Part shown: one piece after another, positions 44,107 to 56,304 of the stretch
How the letters are laid out: each line of letters starts with the position of its first letter
Position numbering within the stretch: the first letter of the stretch is position 1
DNA from: Flectonema sp. DT1601
Lineage: Eukaryota
Length of the DNA: 64,000 bases
Direction of reading: 5' to 3'
Assembly: GCA_964019425.1 (NCBI GenBank)
Contig: OZ025801.1
Span: forward strand, 310,001-374,000
Translations under genes and position numbers: made by a program
Notes under the pieces: generated by a model
What the model saw: the letters and a program-made list of their open reading frames with translations, nothing else
Told to the model about the DNA's origin: nothing
The model's database searches: none

Positions 44107-44427
44107 ATTTACTCTTTGCTAACCTAATCTGAACCTACTTTGAGAGAGAGAAAAGTAAAACATGAAAAAATAATCAAAAAACTCCTCCTATTCTGTTGGG
44201 ATCGTAGTTTTGCAAGAAGATAATAATACAGCTTGCTTCTGAATAGCTGCGGGTTGATCAAAATAATATCAATTCAGGGTAGAATATTACCTTGAATTTA
44301 ATTTAATAACAGCAAACAAAGAGAGTTAATTATCAGTCGAGTTGGATAGAATTAGATAGACTGAATAATAGCAAAGAGAGGAACACCAGAAAGTACTGGT
44401 GAGGTAGGTCTGTTTGGCGGACATATA

Positions 44428-45231
44428 TTATTTATTACTTTGCTTAGCGTTCTTAACAAGAGTTTTGTGAATATCTTTAGTGTCGGGTTCGCACATTCCG
44501 AATGGAGCAAATTCCAAAGTAGTTGTTACAGCTCTCCGCTTCATACTTCCGATTAGTATTCTTGAGATGTTACTCGCGTCATCTATTCCGCTGTGAGGTC
44601 TTCCTTCGAAGACGAGTCCCAAATCCAATAACATTTTCGTAACGTTTTTCTGACGAGGCAGTGAGAAAGTCCTTGCGTGAAGTTCTCTGATGTTTATCCA
44701 TCTTTTAAAATAATTATATTTCTCTGGTGAGACAGCTCGTTGTTCCTTCACACTGTGGTGCCAGTAGAAGTCTCTGAAATCCCAGGGGCCGTCAGTCGCA
44801 AAGGTGAAAGTGTCTGGCTTATCGAAACTATCTCCAAAGTAGTTGCGAAGCCACTCGTCGAGCAGTTTCATCGCCTCTGACAAGACTGGAGCCGCGTCAA
44901 CAACCTCCTGACTTATTCCTGTTAACTCCGTACAGAATTTAGTTAATTTCGGATTCTTAACAGGCTTTACGTATGTCTGCCATTTCTTTACAACTTTCAT
45001 CTCTGTCGAATCTACCACCACGACTGGCATTTCAATTATCTCATGAGGATAGTCGTTGTCGTCCTTCTCGCACGTTGCTTCGAAGTCTAAAACTAAATAA
45101 TACCTGTACGGCTGTTTAAGTACATTCGGTACCTTCTTCTCTTGCTTTTTCTTCTTATTTCTCTTGCTTGGGTTTGACACGAGAGTGTTGGAACCCGCTT
45201 GTAACTTTGTGTACATATTTGTGGCTGACAT
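44428..45231 (-). CDS. ERI1-family DEDDh 3'-5' exoribonuclease
   Basis: LVLDFEATCE, EIIEMP, LTKFCTELTGISQ, TDGPWD, GRPHSGIDD. Confidence 0.92.
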   Translation of the reverse strand: MSATNMYTKLQAGSNTLVSNPSKRNKKKKQEKKVPNVLKQPYRYYLVLDFEATCEKDDNDYPHEIIEMPVVVVDSTEMKVVKKWQTYVKPVKNPKLTKFCTELTGISQEVVDAAPVLSEAMKLLDEWLRNYFGDSFDKPDTFTFATDGPWDFRDFYWHHSVKEQRAVSPEKYNYFKRWINIRELHARTFSLPRQKNVTKMLLDLGLVFEGRPHSGIDDASNISRILIGSMKRRAVTTTLEFAPFGMCEPDTKDIHKTLVKNAKQSNK

Positions 45232-45507
45232 TATGTATCGTATTTTGTCTAAAGGAAATATTATTAAAATAAACATAAAAAAATTGCTGTCTGAAAACTA
45301 TTTTCTGCCAATAAAAGAAAATCAGGGGAGGAACGAAATCACTTGGGTAAAGCAAACAAAGGAGGGGATATGAAAACCTTTATTTCAAAGCAATGTAAGG
45401 AGCACACCATGCGGGGAAGCTTCTTATATATTTATATCTTCTGTTGTTGTTTATTGCCTGTGCATTTCAGTAGGGCAGAAGAAGTGCAGTTGCAAAAATT
45501 ACGTGTT

Positions 45508-45539
<32 letters not shown>

Positions 45540-47481
45540 GTAACTACTTGTCGCGACACCAGATTCCAGTCCCCAGTCTCCTCGGCAATGTCTTAAGTTG
45601 AAAGGAAAGAGCTACCAGGAAAAACCCGGCGTGTTTTTACACCGTTCTTGTAGACGGAAACAACAGAAAAATAAAAATAAAAAAAGAAAGAAAATAAAAA
45701 AAGGCGCCATTAGGAACAAGGGACCTAGTTGCGGTGATGCAACATACAGAGAGGCTTTTTAGCCTTTTGGATAGCAAACTCAAAGTAACATGTTCATGTT
45801 TGCTGAATCGGCCTTTTGTGACGTTTCGCGATGCTTTTTATAGACTTTTTTTTCCTCTTTTTTTCCTCTTTTTTTTTGAACACTAGCGGAGTACACTCAA
45901 AACAAGATTTTTAGTTACTTTTGAAATTTCTTGATATCAATTAGTGTCGGGGGGAGATTTACCTAGACAGAATAGCAATGCATGACTTATATTATTTATG
46001 CGTGTTGGATGCGTGTTGGATGCGTGTTGGTGTGTGCGAGGGTTGGTTGCGTCCATGAAGCACACAGCGATACCATTTCCAGTGTCGCTGTGTACACCGT
46101 AGACTCGGCTTGTCAAAATTGCCTTCTCTCTCCGGGATTGACTCCCTTAAAAAGAGTGCTTCTGAAAGCTTCTTTTTTTTTTTTCTTTTTTTTTTTTTTG
46201 CTTTTTTTTATTTTTTTTTTATAATTTCTTAAACTTACTTTCTGTGCCTAACAGATAATGCTCGCGATACTAGGGGAACTTAACAAGAAAAAAATAAGGG
46301 GAAAAAAAAAAAAAAAAAGGGGGGGAAATCGAATTAGCAAGCTGTGCCATGATACAGAACTTTTTCGGCTCAGGCACAAAACATTCGCATAACGCAAAAT
46401 GCGAAGATCAGGAGAGCTCATGGCCATTAGTACTCCCGCTTGTTGCTATTCGAAACATGCACAATAGAACGAAATGAAATAATAATGAAAAAAAAAAAAA
46501 GGGAAAGGAGCCAGCAATTGCAGGCAATTAGTTTTAATTTTTTTTTTGTCATTTTTCCCCATATGTTTTTTTCTCTTTTTTTTTTTTTTTTCTCTGTATT
46601 TTTTTTATGTTTTTTATTTTATATAAAAAAAAGTCTGGGAATCAATAGGGAAGGAGGATACATTTATTAGCACCGTACTTTTTATTTTATTTTTTTTATT
46701 CTTTTTTTTTTTTTTTGCTTTGATTTGTGTTATCATCGGAAGGGTTGATTACCAAAGTTAGTACGTAGCTTCATTCAATCAGTGTATGATTTTCAATTTC
46801 TTTCCGAGCTGTGTAGCTTTACCACGCTTCGGGAAATAAAAAGATTGATATTATGCTGCACCCCTTTCTTAAAAACGGAAAGTAGGGGGGTCGTGACAGC
46901 AATAATTCAATAAAAAAAATCGAAAAAGAAAAAAAACAAAATAAGGGAGAAGTAGCCCCTCTGTCATGCAGACGACTTCGACATAAAGTCGCACAAAGAT
47001 CTTACAGAAGCCTGAATCAAGTTCTGCTATGGGTCGGCATGTCAAAAAAAAATAGTACTTTGACCAGCCAGTTGGCAGAGGGGTGTCAACCTTCTTTCTT
47101 GTTAATCACATTTTTTACTGTTCTATTCTTCCATAACCGTAACAAGAACTTGTTGTGGGAATAAAAAAGAAGCACCTTGAATAACTAACTTACTAAAAGG
47201 TAGTAACAAAAATGTGAATTAACCAAGGAAAGTAGTAATATCGAGGGATGGGCCTGGGAGATAAAAGTGAAAAGCTGAACCAGAAGAACATATCGAGTAT
47301 AAGTGCAATGCGGGATACGCGGGTCACAAAAAACAAAGCGGTTCGACGAAGAGTTTCGACAGGAAGCAAATATTTAACCGTCATGTGTAAGGTTTAAAAA
47401 TTACATTCTAACCTTCCAAAGACTGAGCTATTTAAGATAGTCACATGAAGCGTCACTGGCACACGAAAAGGTTTTCGTTGT

Positions 47482-48470
47482 TTAGGATCTGTCAGCAAAG
47501 CTCAACGCAGACTTGTCAAATCCTGGAGCCACCCACTCATGGTTGATAACCTCCTCAAGTGTTATTCTCTCATTAGGGTCAACCTTCAACATACGAGTGA
47601 CCAAGTCCTTCACGCTGTCACTGAAGTGTCTCGCCATTCTGTAGTCACCTCTTTCGATCTGTTTTATTGTTTGTGAGAGTTTTGAATGGTACAAATCAAC
47701 AGCAAGTCTTAATTAACAGTGATAAAATAATAATAATAATACCTTGTTGAACAACTTGTTTAGGTTCTCATCCTCGAACGGCAAGTATCCAGCCAAGAAG
47801 ACAAAGAGAACAACACCGCATGACCAGATGTCAGCCTTGTGACCGTTGTAGCCTGCCTCACGAAGTACTTCTGGGGCAACGTAATTTGGCGTTCCGCATA
47901 CAGTTTGCATGCCTGTTTCTTCCTTCTTTTGCAGATTAGCAAGTCCAAAGTCAGTAATTTTAATGTTGTCCTGTTTGTTGTTTATTTTGAATTACTCATC
48001 TGAATAAGTTAGAAAGCGATGACTAAGTTGATGAATTTGCACACCTTTTCGTCAAGAAGAATGTTCTCTGGCTTCAAATCACGGTGAGCAATTCCTTTGC
48101 TCTGACAGTAAGCAACACCAGCAATAAGTTGTTGGAAGTATCTTCTTGCGCGATCTTCGTCGAACTTCTTCGCCTCAACGATTTTGTCGAAGATTTCACC
48201 ACCTGACACGAGTTCAAGTACCATATAAATGTGCTTCTTTGACTGCATTACATCAAACAACTTAACAACATTTGAGTGGTCGAGTACCTTCATAGTTGAG
48301 ATTTCTCTCATCAACTGTTCTTCCATGTGCTCTTGGTGCATGCGCTCCTTGTCGATGATCTTAATAGCGAACTTCTTGCTTGTCTCGGTGTCAATTCCGA
48401 GCTTTACTTTACTGAAAGCTCCAGTTCCGAGAGTTTTGTCCAACTGGTACTTTCCAACTTTTGATGGCAT
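47482..48470 (-). CDS. CIPK/SNF1-like kinase without C-terminal regulatory domain (exons 48470-48045, 47970-47743, 47658-47482)
   Basis: Complete kinase motifs after removing two phase-0 GT-AG introns. Confidence 0.9.
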
Positions 48471-50223
48471 TTTAGTGTGAGTTTGGTTTGTTGAAATTTA
48501 TAACTGAAAAAAAATGAAGATACCAATGCGTGATGTAGTGTTAGTTACAAAAGGCTGAGTCAGATCCCAGTTTCGCATTCCCGAATCCTGAAGCAAAAAA
48601 GAAAAGGTAACTAAATGTGACCCGTGTGAGTAGAAACTCATTCTTAAGGAACTCAGTGGGTAGACAAAAAAAGGGCGGAAAGCCGCACACGTGAACATTT
48701 TCAGAAAAAAAAAATTTTTTTTTTTGCTCTGGGGGAGTAAACCCGATAACGAAAATGTTTTTCCAAAGAAAGAAATTAAAAAAAAAAGGGGTCAGAAGGG
48801 TGAGAAAGAAATTCTTCAATCCTTCATTGTTTGATGAACCATCATTGTTGTCTTTGTCACAGTAATGCGTGCTTTCTTTAACCTTTCTCTGAGAAACGTC
48901 ACCCGAAACGAATAACACGTTTTCGTTTCTGAAAACAGTTTCGCAATTTTAAGGTTTTCTTTATTTGTTCTCTTTTCCCCCCCCTCGTTTTTTTTGTTTT
49001 GTTTTTCTTTTCTTACAACCTCCCCCATGGGGAAAGAAAACATTCGACAACGTGAATTACTCCGTAAAGAGACCAGACTTATTGTCAAAAACTTATTGAC
49101 AACCTAACTAATAGTTGATCGCCTTGTTTTGTTTTTAAAGTTCAGGAAGTCAACAGCTCATGAAGTAATTTCATTCGTTGTATTGAACCTTAACTTTGTT
49201 ATAAAGAGACCCAAATCTCGGAACTCATTGCAAGTGATGAAGAGTTGAGCTCACTAAACGCACTTCCCAATCCATTTCTGTTTTCCTAAAGGCCTGGAGA
49301 ATGTGGTAGAATCCACCATCAGAAGATATCACAGGCAGTGAGTTTAACAATAAAATCAAAAAAAAAAAAAAAAAAGAATTCAGAAGAGAATCAGACAAAA
49401 CAGGAAGCAAAAAAAAAAAAAAAAAAAGTGAACACAGTTACACAGAAAACAAGTCGAAGCAAAGGGGAGTGAAACTAACAGCTGCTCAAATTCGCACATC
49501 AATCGACAGGTCTCTGTCAGTTTGAGATGTTAAATATCTCTGAGTCACTTGGTCACATCGATGACAATCAACAGAAACAATTACCTTCATCTGTAGGTCA
49601 CTATAACGACAAGGAATCAGTCAAAGAAATGGAAAGAATGACTTCACTGACGGCAGTAACAACTCGCAACCAGGACTATCCACAAGCACAAGAATGGGGG
49701 AAAAAGACGGACTAACCAAATCAAGCACGCAAACAGTAACAAAAAGTTTCTCTCTCTCTGTTTTTTTAAAGAGCACTAAATTGAGTTGCATCTGGTGATG
49801 TGATGGGAATAGCTATCCCTCAAGTACTTCTGTTGAATCATTTTTATCAAACAAACCCGAGCATTGCAACTGCACATGTCTCGAAAGGAGGGTTCTCACC
49901 CTTTCAGTAGCGGCCACTCAACTCCTTTCCAGGAACTTCAAACTACTTAACATGGTATGAGAGTAATAAAGTAAAAGTATTTGAAAAAGTAACCACAACA
50001 CACACATGGATGCTGTGAAGCCGTACGTTATGACTGAAGGCACGATGTGCAAATTTGGGTACAAAAAAAACAAAACAACAAAAAAAAAAAAAAACGGCTT
50101 CATAGATAATAAAATATTTGTAAGAATTACAACATTAAAATATCTGCCCCCCCTTTTTTTTTTTTTTTTTTTTCTTTCTTTTTATTTGATATGAGGATAT
50201 TATAACAAGAATAAACGCCTAAC

Positions 50224-51242
50224 CTACTCAGAGGAACTTCCTCCATCAAGACTCTCTATATCAGTTGCTTTAGACCTGTCAAATCCAACTGAGAACCATT
50301 CATGTTCAAATATTTGTTCAATTCTTATTCTCTTCGAGGTATCCACGACTAACATTTTACTGATTAAGTCTTTTGTACCTTCACTGAAACGTCCTGACAT
50401 CTTGAATTCTCCGTTTTTAATCTGTAAATGTGTATTAGTAAAGTGTTAGTGTCAATAGGTATTTTCATTCCCGATGCGCACATCATAAAAAGTAATTCAT
50501 ACCTGACGCTGTAGTGCGGGTTTATCTGGGTTGTCAAATGGTAGTCTGCCTGCTAACATTACGAACAAAATAACTCCACAAGACCAAATATCAGCTGAGT
50601 GTCCGTTGTAGTTTCCCTCCATCACTTCAGGTGCCATGTAATTCGGAGTACCACAAACTGTGTGCAGTTGAGTTCCATCGTTGCCGTCTTCTGGTGGCGG
50701 TGCTCTTTGTAAGTTAGAGAGTCCAAAATCAGTGATTTTTAAGTTATCCTGTTTTTTTTGTTTATTTTGATTCCTCTCTGAGTGACTACAATATGACCAC
50801 AGTAAGGAGTACATACGTTACTGTCAAGAAGTAGGTTTTCAGGTTTTAAATCTCTGTGAGCAACACGTCTCTTATGGCAATAGTAGACTCCGACTATGAG
50901 CTGTTGGAAGTACTTTCTTCCGGTTTCTTCGTCAACGTTTCCGGTTACGATCTTATCGAACAACTCACCTCCAGGAACGAATTCTAAAATCAAATAAATT
51001 GTCCTCGCTGACTGTAGAACTTCGTACAACTTTACGACATTCTCGTGATCGAGTAACTTCATCAGTTTTACTTCTCTCTCAAGTTGTTCTTTCATGTTGT
51101 TTAGTTCAATCGCCTCTCTCTTGATTTGCTTTACAGCGTATTCTTTACCAGTTTCTGTATCCACGCCAAGCTTGACTTCGGCGTATCCACCTGTTCCGAG
51201 AACACGGCTCAGCATGTATTTTCCAACTTTCTTACCCGGCAT
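50224..51242 (-). CDS. CIPK/SNF1-like kinase, tandem paralog (exons 51242-50817, 50748-50503, 50421-50224)
   Basis: Kinase motifs; both introns sit at the same positions as in the neighbouring kinase. Confidence 0.9.
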
Positions 51243-51614
51243 CTTTGTGGATGGTATCTGTTAGAAGATATAGTTGTTTAGACTTACGGTATTAGATTGG
51301 TAACTTACAGAGCTCACGGGTTCCCTGTTTGTAAAATAAGTTTACTGAAAGTGTGTTCTCCGATCTGTTCAACAAATTGTTGGCCACCGCAGTGGGGCAA
51401 AAAATCGTTTCTAACGAATTTTTTTTTTTTTTTTTTTTCCATTTCTTCTGATTTATTGAAAGAACGCTAAGACACTCCGCGTGATGACTTATTACGCGGC
51501 ACACTACTAACCAACTGACTGCCCTCTCACGACACTACTTGATGATAAGTTAGTTCGAAAGGTAGGACACTCTGTCCTAGTTATTCACAATAGCAGTGAG
51601 TGCAGACATTGCGA

Positions 51615-54600
51615 TCACAGAATCTTATTTCTGATCTCTTCTAACTTTCTAGAAGTCTCATTCGGGTCCGAATTAAGTTCCTGAGATATGTGAACCTGCT
51701 TACCGTATGGAAGTGATGAAAACTGCTCAACGAAGTCACCGTCAATAACACATCTTTGAGGAGTGTAGTAGGATCTGAAAGCTAAGTGATCTCTTCCACA
51801 CAGTGGAGGAAGGTCTTGACGCAGATGCATTTCCAGCAGTTTTAAAACGTCCTGTTCCGAACTGTTTTTGTTTGTTTTCAAAAAATGAGATATAAAAAAC
51901 TATATACTCAAATAAGATAAAACATACCTGCTTGTAATCGGTAGAAGGCAACCAATGCTACCGCTGAGGGTAGAGTACAATATTACTTCTGCTCCTCCAG
52001 TAGTTAGAACCGCTCTGTTTGATTTAATGTATTGGTTGTCTCCTCTCTCAGAATTGAAATTAAATAATTGAAGTTCGAAACATACTTTTGAAGAGAAGTG
52101 ATTCCAGACCCAACAAAGAAGGAGCAGACGAGAGTAAGTCGCTGTGGTGCACCCCCAAGAAATCCTCTATCCCAAAGCCACTTTGAGGAACCTTCTGGAC
52201 AGTTCGGATCGTTATCGATGTCATCTGAGATATCTTCAGATACTCGAAGAACGTTTACGTTTCCAAGACGATCACCAATTGCTATTGTGTTGTGATCTAA
52301 AACTGCGATATCACCAGTCCATCTCTGAGTAGTGTCATCCGCAAACACCGCCAGTTGGTTCTCATTTCTTCTATACTTCAAACAATGAATGGAATCTGTT
52401 GTGTCCCCAACAAATATTCTATTACCTTCAGTCTTAATGCGAACTATCATATTTGGTACTTGTTTGTTTTCACACTTTCGAAGGAGCTTTACTCTTCCTA
52501 AGTCGTAGATACGAAGTTTGTTGTCAACGCCGACGAGTACACGTCCCTGTTTGAATGTAATTTGAAAGATTTGTTCCATAAAAAAAGATAAAAGAAACAG
52601 AGCAGCGTTCATACCTTGAATGGACAAATCGCCTTTGGAATGCCGTCTACAACAGTTTTGTGAAGTATTTCCAGTCTTTTCCCCTCATCTTTGAATCTAA
52701 ATGTTAACAGAAGACCGCTGGTATAGCAGTTTGGATTTGGAATAAAATCCTTTACTGTTCCTACTACGAGCATTACCTCACCTCCTCCGTTTGTGAATGT
52801 AACCGTGTCTAGTGACATTGCTGCTTGATTGTCGTCAAGTTCAATCAAATCAGTGTACTCTTTATTAACCATGTCCCAAACTCTAATGTAAGAAGCCCAC
52901 TTTCCTTCCATTGCACGGATTGCTCCATAGTCCCTGGATTGTTTATTTTTTTGATTATTATTATTATAATTTATCAATTGGTATTATAAAAACTAATCTC
53001 ACACCTCTCTGGAAGTGAATCATCAGCTGCCGTACTCGGATCTTCTAACATGTTCTTAAGTTTTTCACGAATCTCCTGCATTGGTTTGGTTTGGGTTGTT
53101 TTATTATTATTTATTGTCTGCAATACAAAAAAGACTTAGCTGTAGAAGTTACAAACCTTTTTCTCTTCATCAGTGTGAGCGCGATATTCTGACTCAGCAA
53201 TGATGAGGTACGGGTACTGTGGATGCTTAGCGAATGCTCTGGGAGTTGCTTTCAATTGAGATGAGGTCTGACTAAAAGTATCTCCCAGCCTTCCCAGGAC
53301 TGCAAACTTCAGAGACGTACCAGAAATAACAACAAATCCTTCTGGGCAATGTTCTGATGAGAATGGTGCTGCGTAGGTGCTGTTGTGGAGGTTCAGGGGG
53401 CTGAGTTGATATTTACTTTGATGAAAGTACGCCAACCATGAACGGGAAGAGATAGCGAGAACGCTATCTTTACCGCCTGCCTTTACTTTCACAACTCTGC
53501 AGGGACGAGTTCCACAAAAACGGGTTCTGGCATCAGAGAGTTGACCAGAGCTTCTGTCAAGAGTTGAGCGTAAGAGAACTCCATTTCGGAGTCCAACGTA
53601 AAGACAAAGAAGTTCCTCTCTGTCTGCTGCTTCTGATTGCATTCCGACAATCGCAAGACTTTCAAGTTCGAATGTACACGACTGACGAGCTAAAACCTGA
53701 AACAAGTCATCCGGGTCTAATGACAACACCATTACTCTTCTATCAGCAAATCCAACAGACAGGAATCTTGTTCTTAAGTTACCATCTGGAATTGGTCCTA
53801 AAGCCAGGCAGGTTATTTCCTTATCAAATTGTTTTTCATCTCCGTGTTGCTGCAGAGATTGAGATTGCTGATCGAGTTCGAAACAGATAATCTTTCCACC
53901 TGCTAATGCGAGAACGACTTGTTTTTGATTTGCTTCAGCATGGCGGATTCCACCAGGTGGGGCAGTCCAGTCGCGAACTACTTTTCGGTTGTCGCGGATG
54001 TGTCGAAGACCATTTTGATGAATCTGAATAATAGAATCATCTTGCATTGTTTGACATAATATCGTTGATACTTTTAAATTAAAACAACTATCCTCAACTT
54101 GCGTAATACCACTCGCACCAACACCCAATACTAAAGTTGTTGTTGGAAACGATAAAACGATGTAGTCATCAGTTTCGTTATTAAAATATTTCTTCAAAGT
54201 CCAAACACGTTCTGGTTTCCCAGTTGGTAATGTGTGACTTTGGGTTGATAATGTCAATCCGTGTTCTAGTGTTCGTACAGCTGATTGAGATCCTCTTCCA
54301 CACATTGCGTAGATACTTTTAGCTTCATTGGTTGTAAGAGAGTTATATACACCGAGACCAGTTATTGGAGAAAGGGATTCAATTTCTTCGAGTTGATTTA
54401 AATTCTTTAGTTGTCTTGGATTAAATAAAGGATGAATGTCACTCTCTCCTTCACCATCAGTGATTGATATTCCTCCAACGATTACATCTTCGTCATCATC
54501 ACCGAGTGCTAAAAACTGATACAGTCGGTGATTTGAAAACTCACAAGCAACAAATAAAAACCCTTGTCTAAATATTGTCAAACTAGTTGCTGGTGGAACA

Positions 54601-55595
54601 GTATCAAAATACTGAATTACAATACTGCGAACTAAGTCTTTCTCTGGCGAAGTTACGAAGGTAACTTTATACAGATCTCCATATTCAGATTGCAATAAAA
54701 AGAAATAAGAACCTCGACGTTTATGTAAAACACCACATGTGATCATTAAACCGTCTTGTGGAAGCATATCTTGTCGTCTCGGTAGAACTTCTTTTATAGT
54801 ATCTTGGTTAGGGTTCATATATAATATTGAATTGTCAACGCAAACAAGTACTCCTCCAGGTCCATCTTCGCCTCCAGGGACGGCAAATAGGTTTGAGGCT
54901 GATGAAGGTAATGGTTTGTCTGGCCAAGGACTCTTTCTTACAACATGATTTAATCCGAGATCTAGTTCATAATAAATGAGATATTTGTGAGCGAAATCAA
55001 CAGTCGCGTCTTCATCTAATTCTGAGTGGTCGAGTTCGATAGCAGCAAAGACTGGGTTTTCCCAACCAACGTCTAAACCAACAAGTGCAAATGTCATATT
55101 CGCCGATTTGTGCGCCTCCAGCGGACTTGAGATTGTTAATCTTGACTGACCATCTCTTCCTAAAATATAAACAAATTTCTGTTTTTCAATCGCTCCAATC
55201 ATGACTGTTCTCCCAATAGGATCAGTCGCTAGGTATTCTCCAGGTACTGCTCGTCTTATTCCTGTTTTGCCGTAGGTCTCTTGATGTATTTTCTTCCATT
55301 TGTTCTTTACTCCATCGAACTCCAAAACAATAATCCTTCCAGCATCACTAGTCATTACTAAGTAGTCTCTGTTAGTACCCGACAGTCTGAAGGCAGCTAT
55401 TCTTCTAATTAATCCGAAGACATTCTGCATTGCTACTGATATCATATTCCCCTGAGGTCCTACTCTCAACATTTCTAAATTCTGTCCTCTTGCTACTACT
55501 AATTCCTGGGCTTTAGGAGCTGAGAAGCTCCCGTAGCAGCTGCTTGATATCGACCCGCCATTTTCGAGTGTTAAGTTGTACAGAGACAACGACAT
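51615..55595 (-). CDS. SF3B3: Splicing factor 3B subunit 3 (SAP130/Rse1), ~6 exons
   Basis: LYNLTL, HQETYGKTGIRRAVPGEYLA.DP.GR, ISSPLEAHK, YELDLGLNHVVRK, LCGRDHLAFRSYY.P. Short GT-AG introns between 53156 and 51862. Confidence 0.95.
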
Positions 55596-56304
55596 TTGAT
55601 CTCCTGAATGAGTTAAATGGAAATAACCGACCTCGTGATCTTAATACGAAGTTACTTCAAACAAATCATTTTATGATATTCAAGTCACCTGTAGCAAATG
55701 TAGTGATTCTTGAGAACGTGTGTTTTCTCTCCCTTCATCAAAGTTCTAAGTAACAAATAATAAAAAAAGCTGACCAACAGCAGAGTATCCCAACACAGCA
55801 GACGCCGTTGTTTACAAAAAAAAAAAGAAATATAATACTTCGGCGATTGGCAGACAAAATCTAAAATAAAACTCTCTAGGGGGGAAGGAGACAAAACAAG
55901 AGTGCCTCGTGACAACAATAACTAATAAAATAATAATAATAATTTTGAAAAAAAAAAAAAAAGAATGAGAAGAACATATACTATACAGATATTCGTAATA
56001 TGACGTGTATTTTAATGTTTTGTTTTGTGCACGAAAACCGTAAAATGACTGAGAAAAGCTAAAGAAGGTTTTATGTGTACTGCCAAACATTCTTTTTAGA
56101 AAAACTTACAAAACTTGTTAAATGCAAATGCAAAAAAAAATAAATAAAAAACGATATTATGAAATAGAATGTTACAAAAAAGAAAAAAAAAGGGAATTGC
56201 GGATCAGATTAAAAGAAGGGGAGGAATACTTGCAGAGTACACCTTGTTTGATTATTTTATAAATACAATGATAAGGATCTCAGAGGTTCTCACAGTGTCC
56301 TTTA